A stretch of 64,000 bases of DNA, taken from the sequence record OR539219.1. One strand, given 5' to 3'. This DNA is from Escherichia phage vB-Eco-KMB39. Position numbers and translations under genes: made by a program. Positions 37,241 through 47,619 of the stretch are shown piece by piece. The notes below the pieces were generated by a model. It did no database searches, had not been told where the DNA came from, and saw only the letters and a list, made by a program, of their open reading frames with translations. Each line of letters begins with the position of its first letter. Within the stretch, counting starts at the first letter, position 1.

Positions 37241-37243
37241 ATA
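37236..37243 (+). promoter_or_regulatory. late promoter TATAAATA for gene 22
   Basis: Exact TATAAATA overlapping the gp21 stop. Confidence 0.5.
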
Positions 37244-37270
37244 TTATTATCTAAACAACAGGACTACAAA

Positions 37271-38080
37271 ATGCTTAAAGAACAACTGATTGCCGAAGCG
37301 CAGAAAATTGATGCTTCCGTTGCTCTTGATAGTATTTTCGAATCAGTTAATATTTCTCCGGAAGCAAAAGAAACTTTCGGCACTGTATTCGAAGCTACCG
37401 TCAAGCAGCACGCCGTTAAATTAGCTGAATCTCATATCGCTAAAATTGCTGAAAAAGCAGAAGAAGAAGTAGAAAAAAATAAAGAAGAAGCCGAAGAAAA
37501 AGCTGAGAAGAAAATCGCTGAGCAAGCTTCTAAATTCATTGACCATCTTGCAAAAGAATGGCTCGCTGAAAATAAATTAGCAGTTGATAAAGGCATCAAA
37601 GCCGAACTGTTTGAATCCATGCTTGGTGGATTAAAAGAGCTCTTTGTTGAACACAACGTTGTTGTTCCAGAAGAATCAGTTGATGTTGTAGCTGAAATGG
37701 AAGAAGAGCTGCAAGAACATAAAGAAGAATCAGCTCGTCTGTTCGAAGAACTCAATATGCGCGACGCATATATCAATTATGTGCAGCGTGAAGTGGCATT
37801 GAGCGAAAGTACTAAAGATCTGACTGAGTCTCAAAAAGAAAAAGTCTCTGCTCTGGTCGAAGGTATGGATTATTCAGATGAATTCTCAAATAAATTGAGT
37901 GCCATCGTAGAAATGGTGAAGAAGTCTAATAAAGATGAAAGCACTATTACTGAGGGTATAAATACTCCTGATACTGAAGCAGCCGGACTGAATTTCGTCA
38001 CTGAAGCTGTAGAAGATAAAGCTGCACAGGGTGCAGAAGATATTGTAAGTGTATATGCGAAAGTCGCATCTCGTTTCTAA
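37271..38080 (+). CDS. 22: prohead scaffold core protein gp22
   Basis: 269 aa acidic coiled-coil protein. Confidence 0.85.
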   Translation: MLKEQLIAEAQKIDASVALDSIFESVNISPEAKETFGTVFEATVKQHAVKLAESHIAKIAEKAEEEVEKNKEEAEEKAEKKIAEQASKFIDHLAKEWLAENKLAVDKGIKAELFESMLGGLKELFVEHNVVVPEESVDVVAEMEEELQEHKEESARLFEELNMRDAYINYVQREVALSESTKDLTESQKEKVSALVEGMDYSDEFSNKLSAIVEMVKKSNKDESTITEGINTPDTEAAGLNFVTEAVEDKAAQGAEDIVSVYAKVASRF

Positions 38081-38098
38081 TTTTAAAGGTTAACACAA

Positions 38099-39664
38099 AT
38101 GACTATCAAAACTAAAGCTGAACTTTTGAACAAATGGAAGCCATTACTGGAAGGTGAAGGTTTACCGGAAATTGCTAATAGCAAACAAGCGATTATCGCT
38201 AAAATCTTTGAAAACCAGGAAAAAGATTTCCAGACAGCTCCGGAATATAAAGACGAAAAAATTGCTCAGGCATTCGGTTCTTTCTTAACAGAAGCTGAAA
38301 TCGGTGGTGACCACGGTTACAATGCTACCAACATCGCTGCAGGTCAGACTTCTGGCGCAGTAACTCAGATTGGCCCAGCTGTTATGGGTATGGTACGTCG
38401 TGCTATTCCTAACCTGATTGCTTTCGATATTTGCGGTGTTCAGCCGATGAACAGCCCAACTGGTCAGGTATTCGCACTGCGCGCAGTATATGGTAAAGAC
38501 CCAATCGCTGCCGGCGCTAAAGAAGCATTCCACCCAATGTATGGTCCAGATGCAATGTTCTCTGGTCAGGGTGCTGCTAAGAAATTCCCAGCTCTGGCTG
38601 CTAGCACACAAACCGTTGTAGGTGATATCTATACTCACTTCTTCCAGGAAACTGGTACTGTGTATCTGCAGGCTTCTGCTGTAGTAACAATCGATGCTGG
38701 TGCATCTGACGCAGCTAAATTAGATGCAGAAATTAAGAAACAAATGGAAGCTGGTGTACTGGTAGAAATCGCTGAAGGTATGGCTACTTCTATCGCTGAA
38801 CTCCAGGAAGGTTTCAACGGTTCTACCGATAACCCATGGAATGAAATGGGCTTCCGTATCGATAAACAAGTTATCGAAGCTAAATCTCGCCAGCTGAAAG
38901 CTGCTTACTCTATCGAATTAGCACAAGACCTCCGCGCTGTTCACGGTATGGATGCTGATGCTGAACTGTCTGGTATTCTGGCTACCGAAATCATGCTGGA
39001 AATCAACCGTGAAGTTGTTGATTGGATTAACTACTCAGCTCAGGTTGGTAAATCTGGTATGACCCTGACTCCAGGTTCTAAAGCTGGTGTATTTGACTTC
39101 CAGGATCCGATTGATATTCGTGGTGCTCGCTGGGCGGGTGAATCCTTTAAAGCTCTGTTGTTCCAGATTGACAAAGAAGCAGTTGAAATTGCTCGTCAGA
39201 CCGGTCGTGGTGAAGGTAACTTCATTATCGCTTCCCGTAACGTAGTTAACGTTCTGGCTTCAGTTGATACCGGCATTTCTTATGCTGCACAGGGTCTGGC
39301 TACCGGCTTTAACACTGATACTACCAAGTCAGTATTTGCTGGTGTTCTGGGTGGTAAATACCGTGTATATATCGACCAGTATGCTAAACAGGATTATTTC
39401 ACTGTAGGTTATAAAGGTCCGAACGAAATGGATGCTGGTATTTACTATGCTCCATATGTAGCTCTGACTCCGCTGCGTGGTTCCGATCCGAAGAACTTCC
39501 AACCAGTAATGGGATTCAAAACTCGTTACGGTATCGGTATCAACCCATTTGCAGAATCCGCTGCTCAGGCTCCGGCTTCTCGCATCCAGAGCGGTATGCC
39601 TTCTATTCTGAATAGCCTTGGTAAAAACGCTTACTTCCGCCGTGTATATGTTAAAGGTATCTAA
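38099..39664 (+). CDS. 23: major capsid protein gp23
   Basis: 521 aa beginning MTIKTKAELLNKWKPLLEGEG, recognised as T4-type gp23. Confidence 0.95.
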   Translation: MTIKTKAELLNKWKPLLEGEGLPEIANSKQAIIAKIFENQEKDFQTAPEYKDEKIAQAFGSFLTEAEIGGDHGYNATNIAAGQTSGAVTQIGPAVMGMVRRAIPNLIAFDICGVQPMNSPTGQVFALRAVYGKDPIAAGAKEAFHPMYGPDAMFSGQGAAKKFPALAASTQTVVGDIYTHFFQETGTVYLQASAVVTIDAGASDAAKLDAEIKKQMEAGVLVEIAEGMATSIAELQEGFNGSTDNPWNEMGFRIDKQVIEAKSRQLKAAYSIELAQDLRAVHGMDADAELSGILATEIMLEINREVVDWINYSAQVGKSGMTLTPGSKAGVFDFQDPIDIRGARWAGESFKALLFQIDKEAVEIARQTGRGEGNFIIASRNVVNVLASVDTGISYAAQGLATGFNTDTTKSVFAGVLGGKYRVYIDQYAKQDYFTVGYKGPNEMDAGIYYAPYVALTPLRGSDPKNFQPVMGFKTRYGIGINPFAESAAQAPASRIQSGMPSILNSLGKNAYFRRVYVKGI

Positions 39665-39679
39665 TCTTTGACGATTTAA

Positions 39680-39695
39680 GGGACCTTCGGGTCCC
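39680..39695 (+). terminator. hairpin plus T-run after gene 23
   Basis: GGGACC-TTCG-GGTCCC followed by TTTAGTTGTTTTTA. Confidence 0.5.
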
Positions 39696-39712
39696 TTTAG
39701 TTGTTTTTATGG

Positions 39713-39720
39713 TATAAATA
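39713..39720 (+). promoter_or_regulatory. late promoter TATAAATA for gene 24
   Basis: Exact TATAAATA 28 nt upstream of the gene 24 ATG. Confidence 0.55.
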
Positions 39721-39747
39721 AATCATATAAACCAAAAGGAAAGCGCA

Positions 39748-41031
39748 ATGGCTAAAATCAACGAACTTCTGCGCGAATCAACCACAACGAATAGCAACTC
39801 AATCGGTCGCCCAAATCTCGTTGCTTTGACTCGCGCTACCACTAAATTAATATATTCTGACATTGTAGCAACGCAAAGAACTAATCAACCTGTTGCTGCT
39901 TTTTATGGTATTAAATACCTTAACCCAGATAACGAATTTACATTTAAAACTGGTGCTACTTACGCTGGCGAAGCTGGGTATGTAGACCGAGAACAAATCA
40001 CAGAATTAACAGAAGAGTCTAAATTAACTCTCAATAAAGGCGATTTATTCAAATATAATAATATCGTTTATAAAGTATTAGAAGATACACCATTTGATAC
40101 CATTGAAGAAAGCGATTTAGAATTAGCTCTTCAGATTGCAATTGTTCTTTTAAAGGTTCGTCTATTTTCTGACGCAGCGTCAACGAGCAAATTTGAAAGC
40201 TCTGATAGTGAAATTGCGGATGCTAGATTCCAGATTAATAAATGGCAAACTGCAGTTAAATCTCGTAAACTTAAAACTGGCATCACAGTTGAATTAGCAC
40301 AAGATTTAGAAGCAAATGGATTCGATGCTCCTAATTTCCTGGAAGATTTGCTTGCAACTGAAATGGCGGATGAAATCAATAAAGATATTTTACAGTCTTT
40401 GATTACAGTATCAAAACGCTATAAAGTTACAGGAATTACTGATACTGGATTCATTGATTTGAGTTATGCATCTGCACCTGAAGCTGGTCGTTCATTATAC
40501 CGAATGGTATGTGAAATGGTTTCACATATCCAAAAAGAATCAACTTATACAGCAACGTTCTGCGTTGCTTCAGCTCGTGCCGCTGCGATTCTTGCTGCAT
40601 CAGGTTGGTTAAAACATAAACCAGAAGATGACAAATATCTTTCACAAAATGCCTACGGGTTCTTAGCTAATGGTTTACCACTTTATTGTGATACTAACAG
40701 CCCATTAGATTATGTAATCGTTGGTGTGGTAGAAAATATTGGCGAAAAAGAAATTGTTGGATCAATTTTCTATGCTCCGTATACAGAAGGTCTTGATTTA
40801 GATGACCCTGAACATGTAGGTGCATTTAAAGTTGTAGTTGATCCAGAAAGTTTGCAGCCATCTATCGGTTTATTGGTTAGATATGCTTTATCTGCAAATC
40901 CTTACACTGTAGCAAAAGATGAAAAAGAAGCAAGAATAATTGATGGTGGAGACATGGATAAAATGGCGGGTCGTTCAGATTTGTCTGTTTTATTAGGTGT
41001 TAAGCTACCAAAAATTATCGTTGATGAATAA
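39748..41031 (+). CDS. 24: capsid vertex protein gp24
   Basis: 427 aa; gp23 paralogue fold, follows gene 23. Confidence 0.9.
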   Translation: MAKINELLRESTTTNSNSIGRPNLVALTRATTKLIYSDIVATQRTNQPVAAFYGIKYLNPDNEFTFKTGATYAGEAGYVDREQITELTEESKLTLNKGDLFKYNNIVYKVLEDTPFDTIEESDLELALQIAIVLLKVRLFSDAASTSKFESSDSEIADARFQINKWQTAVKSRKLKTGITVELAQDLEANGFDAPNFLEDLLATEMADEINKDILQSLITVSKRYKVTGITDTGFIDLSYASAPEAGRSLYRMVCEMVSHIQKESTYTATFCVASARAAAILAASGWLKHKPEDDKYLSQNAYGFLANGLPLYCDTNSPLDYVIVGVVENIGEKEIVGSIFYAPYTEGLDLDDPEHVGAFKVVVDPESLQPSIGLLVRYALSANPYTVAKDEKEARIIDGGDMDKMAGRSDLSVLLGVKLPKIIVDE

Positions 41032-41037
41032 AACAAA

Positions 41038-41053
41038 GGGACCGAAAGGTCCC
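41038..41053. terminator. bidirectional terminator between convergent genes 24 and rnlB
   Basis: GGGACC-GAAA-GGTCCC with T-runs on both strands. Confidence 0.5.
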
Positions 41054-41060
41054 TTTTTAT

Positions 41061-42065
41061 TTAGCTTACCAATTCAATCCAAGCCGGACGAAGTACATCT
41101 TGTACCATTTTAACTAATTCCTTTTTAATCAAAGAAGGATTATCCGCTTGAGTTAGAGTAATACCTTCACGAGAAGTTTCTTCCAAAATATCTTGAACAG
41201 TTAGTCCCATCACTTTTCCAAAATCCTTCGGACCAATTTCGCCAATTTTAGAAATAACGTTATTTACTCGGTTCAGTGTAACGTAACAAGCTAAAATTCC
41301 CAGCAATTTATTATCAGCTTCTGACAGTTCAACTTTAGCTTTAATAGGCTTATCAGACTTTTTCTTTTCACTAAATTTAGAGTTCTTGCATTTAATCGCT
41401 ACGCGATTGCCATTAGGCATCCAAGAAGGATAACAAGGTTTCAATACATATCCTTCAGCAGTAAATACTTCGCCTTTTGCTTCGGCATTCCAAACGCATT
41501 TATTTGCATCAACTAATCCAGCATGGTCTACTGTAAAATTATAATCTTGAACGACAGAATCTAAATCGTTTGGCAATTTAATAAGCTCTTCAAATTTACC
41601 GCGACCCAAAAGTGGAGCCATTTTAAATTTAAATGTATTACAGAATGATTCCATCATATAATCATCGACATAAGTCACATCACCACTTTCGGTAGTAACA
41701 ATAATGTCAAATACATAAAAATCTTTATCACCATAATCGACATTCTTCTGAATGCCAGGTCCAGCAAATTCGCCAAAGACTTGATAAGATACAACTGCCG
41801 AAGTTTCCATAATATCTTGTACTGCTTTAATGGAATCAGCGTAATTTTTTAGAATAATTTCATACCCAAAGAAATCTTCAGCAGGAAGAATAGGACCAGT
41901 ACGTTTAGCACAAGTTGCTTTATCGCGTTCAATAATCAGTGAGAAATTTGTGCCATGAATCTTTTCACGAGCTACCCATTCGCCGCCAGTCAATCCTAAA
42001 CTGTAAAGTTTTTCAATGAATTTAGAATTGTAATGATTTTCAAGACTGCTATACTTTTTAAACAT
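41061..42065 (-). CDS. rnlB: RNA ligase 2
   Basis: 334 aa; nucleotidyltransferase motif KIHGTN. Confidence 0.85.
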   Translation of the reverse strand: MFKKYSSLENHYNSKFIEKLYSLGLTGGEWVAREKIHGTNFSLIIERDKATCAKRTGPILPAEDFFGYEIILKNYADSIKAVQDIMETSAVVSYQVFGEFAGPGIQKNVDYGDKDFYVFDIIVTTESGDVTYVDDYMMESFCNTFKFKMAPLLGRGKFEELIKLPNDLDSVVQDYNFTVDHAGLVDANKCVWNAEAKGEVFTAEGYVLKPCYPSWMPNGNRVAIKCKNSKFSEKKKSDKPIKAKVELSEADNKLLGILACYVTLNRVNNVISKIGEIGPKDFGKVMGLTVQDILEETSREGITLTQADNPSLIKKELVKMVQDVLRPAWIELVS

Positions 42066-42074
42066 AATTAATCC

Positions 42075-42353
42075 TCAAAATGTAATTTCTAACCAATCAC
42101 CATCACGCTGGTCACTATTGACTTTAAAGCTAAATCCTTCTTTTCTCAGCCAATCACCAATTTCTTCAGTAATCAATTTATCGCGAGCAGTGCAATAATA
42201 ACTAAAATATGTTTTACCTTGTTCAGCTGCTTTATTAGCAAGTTCCGAAAAATCTTTAATAAAACACTCTAGCTTAAACTGTTTGCTTTTAAGTGCTTTT
42301 TCGCGTAATTGATTAGCAAAAGATTCATTTTCATAAAGATCATACTGTTCCAT
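42075..42353 (-). CDS. hypothetical protein
   Basis: 92-aa ORF between rnlB and hoc. Confidence 0.55.
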   Translation of the reverse strand: MEQYDLYENESFANQLREKALKSKQFKLECFIKDFSELANKAAEQGKTYFSYYCTARDKLITEEIGDWLRKEGFSFKVNSDQRDGDWLEITF

Positions 42354-42555
42354 TTTTCACCTTCTTATTAATATGTCTTTTTCTATAGACAACTTTTTCT
42401 CGAGTCTCAAATTTATTCTTAGCAGTCATAGCTCGAGCCCATAATACAGCCACTTCCTTTGCCTGTAAGTTCAATTCACGAGCAATTTCAATGAATGACT
42501 TTCCAGACTCATGGAGTGTAAACACCACAACCTCAGTTCTCATAATCAATCTCAT
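42340..42555 (-). CDS. hypothetical small protein, possible helix-turn-helix
   Basis: 71-aa ORF with HTH-like segment SFIEIARELNLQAKEV; no convincing RBS. Confidence 0.45.
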   Translation of the reverse strand: MRLIMRTEVVVFTLHESGKSFIEIARELNLQAKEVAVLWARAMTAKNKFETREKVVYRKRHINKKVKNGTV

Positions 42556-42623
42556 GTTATCGAGTTGGTGCCATTATATACATCGTTTTCTGATTGTGTT
42601 TTGTGTGCTTTCAAAATGAAGAA

Positions 42624-42639
42624 AGGGGCCGAAGCCCCT
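42624..42639 (-). terminator. hairpin plus T-run after hoc
   Basis: AGGGGC-TTCG-GCCCCT on minus strand followed by TTTCTTCATTTT. Confidence 0.45.
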
Positions 42640-42643
42640 GAGA

Positions 42644-44062
42644 TTATGGATAGGTATAGATGATACCAGTTTCTAAAGCAGTTTTATGAATGATGTATCC
42701 ATTACGCGATTCTTGAACATCAACTTCTGGATAGTCTTTCATCATCTTCTGAAGAGTGTAACGATGCAAGTAGTACTTACTATCTGGATCGTCAGTTTTC
42801 CAATCTTTACCTTCTTCAGTCATTTTTTGGATTTCATCCATAACCCACCAACCGCACCAGATATAAGCTGAAGTACGATGTGGAAGAGGATGAACATAAG
42901 GCAATTCACCTTCTGGTTCCGGAGCAACTTTATCAGTTACCTGAACTTGACCAGTCGCTTTAACTGTTTTACTATCATAGTCAGTTGCTGTAACGACAGC
43001 AGTAACTTCAATAGTTTGGCTTCCAATAGATGAGGTATCAACAGTATATACGTTAGTTGACCCTTCTACAGGAGAAGAATCTTTCTTCCATGAATACGTA
43101 ATTTGTGCTTCTTCCGGAGCATCCGTAACATTAGCGGTAAATGTAGCCGAAGCATCTTGCTGAACATTAATAGAAGGAGGAGTCAATGTAACCTGTGGAT
43201 TCATTGTCTTCTTATTAACCGTTAATGATACTTCATTAGAAGTAACTGTTTTTGCGTCGTAATCCGTTGCTGTTACTTGGGCTATGCATTTAATTTTTTT
43301 AACTCCAGCCACAGTTGGAGTATAGTTAAATGTAGAGTTAGTTTCTCCATCAACTTGTGAATCATCTACATACCACTGATACGTGGCAGACGCTCCATCA
43401 GGTTGAGAAGCTAAGGCAGCAGTAAATTGAACCGGGGTTCCAATTACTCCAGCAGCAGGACTATCAGGAGTTACTGCCAAGGTAGTTGTCTGCGTCTTTT
43501 TATTAACAGTCAGTGACACTTCATTAGAAGTAACTTCCTTTGTATCATAATCTGCCGCGGTTACTTGAGCTACACACTTAATTGTTTTAACTCCGCTTGT
43601 GGAAGGAGTGTAATTAAATGTAGCAGAAGTTGCTTCGCCCACAGGAGAACCGTCAACGTACCATTGATATGTAGCAGTTGCGCCCGATGGCTGCGAAGCT
43701 AAAGCAGCAGTAAATTCAACAGCTGTTCCAATTACTCCTTCTGGAGGACTATTAGGAGTTACAGCTAAAGTAGTTGTCTGTGTCTTATTTTGAACTGTGA
43801 TAGTTGTAGTAGCTTCTGCTGTTTCAGCATCAGTATCTGGAACTGGGTTTGTTGCAACTACTTTAATAGTTTTTTGACCGGCAGGTCCTTTTAATACATA
43901 ACTAAAAGTTGCAGATGTTTCTTCCTGTGGAACATCATCTACAGTCCAAGCATATGTAATAGGTCCATCTCCAGTTTGACCACTGGGTGTAGCAGTAAAC
44001 TGCTGAGTCTGATCTATAACTCCAGTAGGTGTTTTAGGAGTTATATCAACTGTAAAAGCCAT
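42644..44062 (-). CDS. hoc: outer capsid protein Hoc, four Ig-like repeats plus capsid-binding C-terminus
   Basis: 472 aa; two near-identical ~96-aa Ig-like repeats in tandem plus two diverged ones; position between rnlB and inh. Confidence 0.8.
   Translation of the reverse strand: MAFTVDITPKTPTGVIDQTQQFTATPSGQTGDGPITYAWTVDDVPQEETSATFSYVLKGPAGQKTIKVVATNPVPDTDAETAEATTTITVQNKTQTTTLAVTPNSPPEGVIGTAVEFTAALASQPSGATATYQWYVDGSPVGEATSATFNYTPSTSGVKTIKCVAQVTAADYDTKEVTSNEVSLTVNKKTQTTTLAVTPDSPAAGVIGTPVQFTAALASQPDGASATYQWYVDDSQVDGETNSTFNYTPTVAGVKKIKCIAQVTATDYDAKTVTSNEVSLTVNKKTMNPQVTLTPPSINVQQDASATFTANVTDAPEEAQITYSWKKDSSPVEGSTNVYTVDTSSIGSQTIEVTAVVTATDYDSKTVKATGQVQVTDKVAPEPEGELPYVHPLPHRTSAYIWCGWWVMDEIQKMTEEGKDWKTDDPDSKYYLHRYTLQKMMKDYPEVDVQESRNGYIIHKTALETGIIYTYP
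43205..43780 (-). repeat. tandem duplication of a 288-bp Ig-like domain unit inside hoc
   Basis: Units 43493..43780 and 43205..43492 encode QTTTLAVTP...SNEVSLTVNKKT twice, with high identity at DNA level. Confidence 0.65.
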
Positions 44063-44071
44063 AAGTTATCC

Positions 44072-44752
44072 TTATTTTAATGTTACGAAAGAAGAGTTGC
44101 GTGTTTCACGAATTAAAACTGATCCGTCACGGTTAATGTAGTAAATTAAGCTAAATAAAGTTTGGTGTGCCGACGCGTGTTCAAAACTAGTTGGGTGAGA
44201 TTTCCAATCCGGAGTTTCAGCGATCCATTGATAAATCCACCAAGGAACCGTGCAAAATCCTGGATTTTTTCCAATCAGCTGAAGATTCGGACTAAAGTTT
44301 TCCGGAAGAGTAAATACAGACGGCTTTTCAGATTCAATAATCTCAGCTACAGCCTGTTCGAATTTTTCTTCAACAAAAGGAGTATCTTCAATCAAAACGT
44401 CAGTATTTTCGGGAATTTTATCCGTTTCTACTACTTCAATTTTAATGTCAGATTTAACCGGAGAATCAATCAGAAGTGCTGCTTCTGGATTGACTTCTTC
44501 ATCGTCATATTTTAACCCCTCTGCGGCATCAGCAGCATTGATTAAGTCTTTAATAGATAACCCATCAGTCTCTGGCATAGGTTCACTAGCGAGCTTCTGG
44601 AGGGCTTCTTCAATATCAATAACGATATTATCAAAAGATTTATTCTTTTTGACCTTTATACCAAACTGTTCAGCATATTCAGCTAATTTAGCTTTAGCTT
44701 CTTTATTATCATCAAGAGCCTTCAGCTCTGCAATATAATCTTTATCTATCAT
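44072..44752 (-). CDS. inh: prohead protease inhibitor Inh
   Basis: 226 aa; assigned by synteny hoc-inh-segE-uvsW. Confidence 0.7.
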   Translation of the reverse strand: MIDKDYIAELKALDDNKEAKAKLAEYAEQFGIKVKKNKSFDNIVIDIEEALQKLASEPMPETDGLSIKDLINAADAAEGLKYDDEEVNPEAALLIDSPVKSDIKIEVVETDKIPENTDVLIEDTPFVEEKFEQAVAEIIESEKPSVFTLPENFSPNLQLIGKNPGFCTVPWWIYQWIAETPDWKSHPTSFEHASAHQTLFSLIYYINRDGSVLIRETRNSSFVTLK

Positions 44753-44765
44753 AATATTTCCTCAG

Positions 44766-44773
44766 TATAAATA
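44766..44773 (+). promoter_or_regulatory. late promoter TATAAATA upstream of segE
   Basis: Exact TATAAATA 29 nt upstream of the segE ATG. Confidence 0.45.
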
Positions 44774-44801
44774 TAGATATATTTATTACTCGGAAAATAG
44801 T

Positions 44802-45419
44802 ATGTACCACTTTGTATATGAAACAACAAATCTAATAAACGGTAAAAAGTATATAGGAAAACACTCTACTGATGACTTGAATGATGGTTACCTTGGTTCC
44901 GGTAAGGCAATTCAGCAGGCTATAAAGAAATATGGTGAAAACAATTTCTCTAGAACAATACTAAAAGAGTTTAAAACTTCCGAAGAAGCGTACATGTATG
45001 AAGAAGAAATTATAACTCCTGAAATAATAAAAAGCAAAAATTATTATAATATGAAACCTGGTGGAATTGGTGGAATTGTTATGACTACAGAGGTTATAGC
45101 AAAGATGAAAGAATCTTCCGCTAAGAGATTTGAAAACTCACCGGGCACGGTATTAGGTACAACTTGTTACACCAATGGAACTAAAAATATTTTTATTAAA
45201 CCTGGAGAACTTGTTCCAGAAGGATTTGTAAAAGGGATGGTTCATCCTAATAGAAAGTCCAGAAAAGGATGTAAAGTCAAACCGACTACCACAGGAACTT
45301 TTTGGGTCAATAATGGCGCAATAAATAAATTAATACAACCAGACGGTATTATTCCCGACGGATTTATTAAAGGTCGTCTCATGAAAAGAGATTCTAAAGG
45401 CAAATTTAGTAAGGCATAA
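44802..45419 (+). CDS. segE: GIY-YIG homing endonuclease
   Basis: GIY-YIG motifs FVYETTNLINGKKYIGKH and YLGSG; position before uvsW as in T4 (memory). Confidence 0.75.
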   Translation: MYHFVYETTNLINGKKYIGKHSTDDLNDGYLGSGKAIQQAIKKYGENNFSRTILKEFKTSEEAYMYEEEIITPEIIKSKNYYNMKPGGIGGIVMTTEVIAKMKESSAKRFENSPGTVLGTTCYTNGTKNIFIKPGELVPEGFVKGMVHPNRKSRKGCKVKPTTTGTFWVNNGAINKLIQPDGIIPDGFIKGRLMKRDSKGKFSKA

Positions 45420-45421
45420 TT

Positions 45422-46930
45422 ATGGATATTAAAGTACATTTTCACGACTTCAGTCATGTACGCATCGATTGTGAAGAGAGCACGTTCCACGAATTAAGAG
45501 ATTTCTTTTCGTTTGAGGCAGATGGATATAGGTTTAATCCTCGCTTCAGATATGGCAACTGGGATGGACGAATCCGTCTTTTAGATTATAATCGTCTTCT
45601 TCCGTTCGGCTTAGTCGGGCAAATTAAAAAGTTCTGCGATAACTTTGGCTATAAAGCCTGGATTGACCCTCAAATTAATGAAAAAGAAGAATTATCAAGA
45701 AAAGATTTTGATGAATGGCTTTCTAAATTAGAAATCTATTCAGGAAATAAAAGAATTGAACCACACTGGTATCAAAAAGATGCAGTGTTCGAAGGATTAG
45801 TTAATCGTCGCAGAATTCTTAATCTTCCAACATCCGCAGGTAAATCTTTAATTCAAGCTTTGCTTGCACGTTATTATTTGGAAAATTATGAAGGTAAAAT
45901 TCTTATCATTGTTCCAACAACTGCTCTGACAACTCAGATGGCTGATGACTTTGTTGACTATCGTTTATTCAGTCATGCAATGATAAAGAAAATCGGCGGC
46001 GGAGCATCAAAAGATGATAAATATAAAAATGATGCACCAGTCGTCGTTGGTACATGGCAAACTGTAGTTAAACAACCGAAAGAATGGTTCTCACAGTTTG
46101 GAATGATGATGAATGATGAATGTCATCTTGCTACAGGAAAAAGTATTTCATCTATCATATCAGGATTAAATAACTGTATGTTTAAATTTGGTCTATCAGG
46201 TTCATTACGTGATGGCAAAGCCAATATCATGCAGTATGTTGGAATGTTTGGTGAAATATTTAAACCAGTAACGACTTCTAAATTAATGGAAGATGGACAA
46301 GTAACTGAGCTAAAAATTAATAGTATTTTTCTTCGCTATCCCGATGAGTTCACTACTAAATTAAAGGGAAAAACTTACCAAGAAGAAATAAAAATTATTA
46401 CTGGACTCAGTAAAAGAAATAAATGGATTGCTAAATTAGCTATTAAACTTGCACAAAAAGATGAAAACGCTTTTGTCATGTTTAAGCATGTATCACATGG
46501 TAAAGCTATTTTCGATTTAATTAAAAATGAATACGATAAAGTTTATTACGTATCAGGGGAAGTTGATACCGAAACACGCAACGTAATGAAAACCCTAGCT
46601 GAAAACGGTAAAGGAATAATTATAGTAGCTAGTTATGGTGTATTTTCTACTGGTATTTCAGTTAAAAATCTGCATCACGTTGTTTTAGCGCACGGTGTTA
46701 AATCAAAAATCATTGTATTACAAACAATCGGTCGTGTATTACGTAAGCATGGTTCTAAGACAATAGCAACAGTCTGGGATCTTATAGATGACGCGGGCGT
46801 AGTTTCTAAATCAAAAACATCTTCTAAAAAATACTCGCATTTAAACTATCTTTTAAAACATGGACTTGATCGTATTCAGCGTTATGCTGATGAAAAGTTT
46901 AATTATGTGATGAAAGAGGTTAAACTTTGA
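45422..46930 (+). CDS. uvsW: UvsW helicase (SF2, DECH box)
   Basis: 502 aa; Walker A PTSAGKS, DECH at MMMNDECHL. Confidence 0.9.
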   Translation: MDIKVHFHDFSHVRIDCEESTFHELRDFFSFEADGYRFNPRFRYGNWDGRIRLLDYNRLLPFGLVGQIKKFCDNFGYKAWIDPQINEKEELSRKDFDEWLSKLEIYSGNKRIEPHWYQKDAVFEGLVNRRRILNLPTSAGKSLIQALLARYYLENYEGKILIIVPTTALTTQMADDFVDYRLFSHAMIKKIGGGASKDDKYKNDAPVVVGTWQTVVKQPKEWFSQFGMMMNDECHLATGKSISSIISGLNNCMFKFGLSGSLRDGKANIMQYVGMFGEIFKPVTTSKLMEDGQVTELKINSIFLRYPDEFTTKLKGKTYQEEIKIITGLSKRNKWIAKLAIKLAQKDENAFVMFKHVSHGKAIFDLIKNEYDKVYYVSGEVDTETRNVMKTLAENGKGIIIVASYGVFSTGISVKNLHHVVLAHGVKSKIIVLQTIGRVLRKHGSKTIATVWDLIDDAGVVSKSKTSSKKYSHLNYLLKHGLDRIQRYADEKFNYVMKEVKL

Positions 46931-47619
46931 ATTATAAATTAATATATGATAATTTAATTAATAGAGCCCAGAATCGGGCTCGCCTTAATGGATACACTGA
47001 AACACATCATATAATTCCTAGATGTATGGGTGGTACAAATGATAAGTGTAATTTAGTAGAACTAACGGCTGAAGAACATTTTATAGCCCATAAACTTTTA
47101 GCTAAAATTCATCCAAACCATTACGGTATAATTAAAGCTGTTATATGTATGGGGATGAATTCAAATACTCATGAAAGACACGTCAATAAATCTTACGCAT
47201 GGGAACGTCGTAAAATGGCAGAACTTCAATCCGGCGAAGGTAATCCATTTTACGGAAAACACCATACGGAAGAACATAAACAATATATGTCAAAACTCAT
47301 GAAAAGTCGTCCAATTACATGGGGAAATAAAATTAGTAAAACTAAAAGAATGAACCCAACGAAATGGACTGAAGAAGCTAAAAGATTACATTCAATCAAT
47401 CAATCGGGTAAAAATAACGGCATGTATGGAAGGAAACATTCCGCTAAATCTATTCAGAAAATTAAAGATAACATGCCAGATAATTCAGGAGCTAATAACC
47501 CAGCTGCTAAACCTATAGAAGTAAATGGTGTTAAGTATAAATGTATGAAAGATGCTTCTAAAGCTACTGGATTATCAATGTACAAACTAAGAATACTTAG
47601 AAAAACAGTTAATTTATAA
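46927..47619 (+). CDS. HNH homing endonuclease with NUMOD-like repeats, inserted between uvsW and uvsW.1
   Basis: Motif HHIIPRCMGGTNDKCNLVELTAEEHFIAH; apparent TTG start overlapping the uvsW stop (TTGA); paralogue of 8508..9167. Confidence 0.7.
   Translation: MNYKLIYDNLINRAQNRARLNGYTETHHIIPRCMGGTNDKCNLVELTAEEHFIAHKLLAKIHPNHYGIIKAVICMGMNSNTHERHVNKSYAWERRKMAELQSGEGNPFYGKHHTEEHKQYMSKLMKSRPITWGNKISKTKRMNPTKWTEEAKRLHSINQSGKNNGMYGRKHSAKSIQKIKDNMPDNSGANNPAAKPIEVNGVKYKCMKDASKATGLSMYKLRILRKTVNL

Noticed and set aside
37432-37776. 114-aa Ser/Ala-rich minus-strand ORF
   Set aside because: Antisense to the coiled-coil region of gp22; compositional artefact
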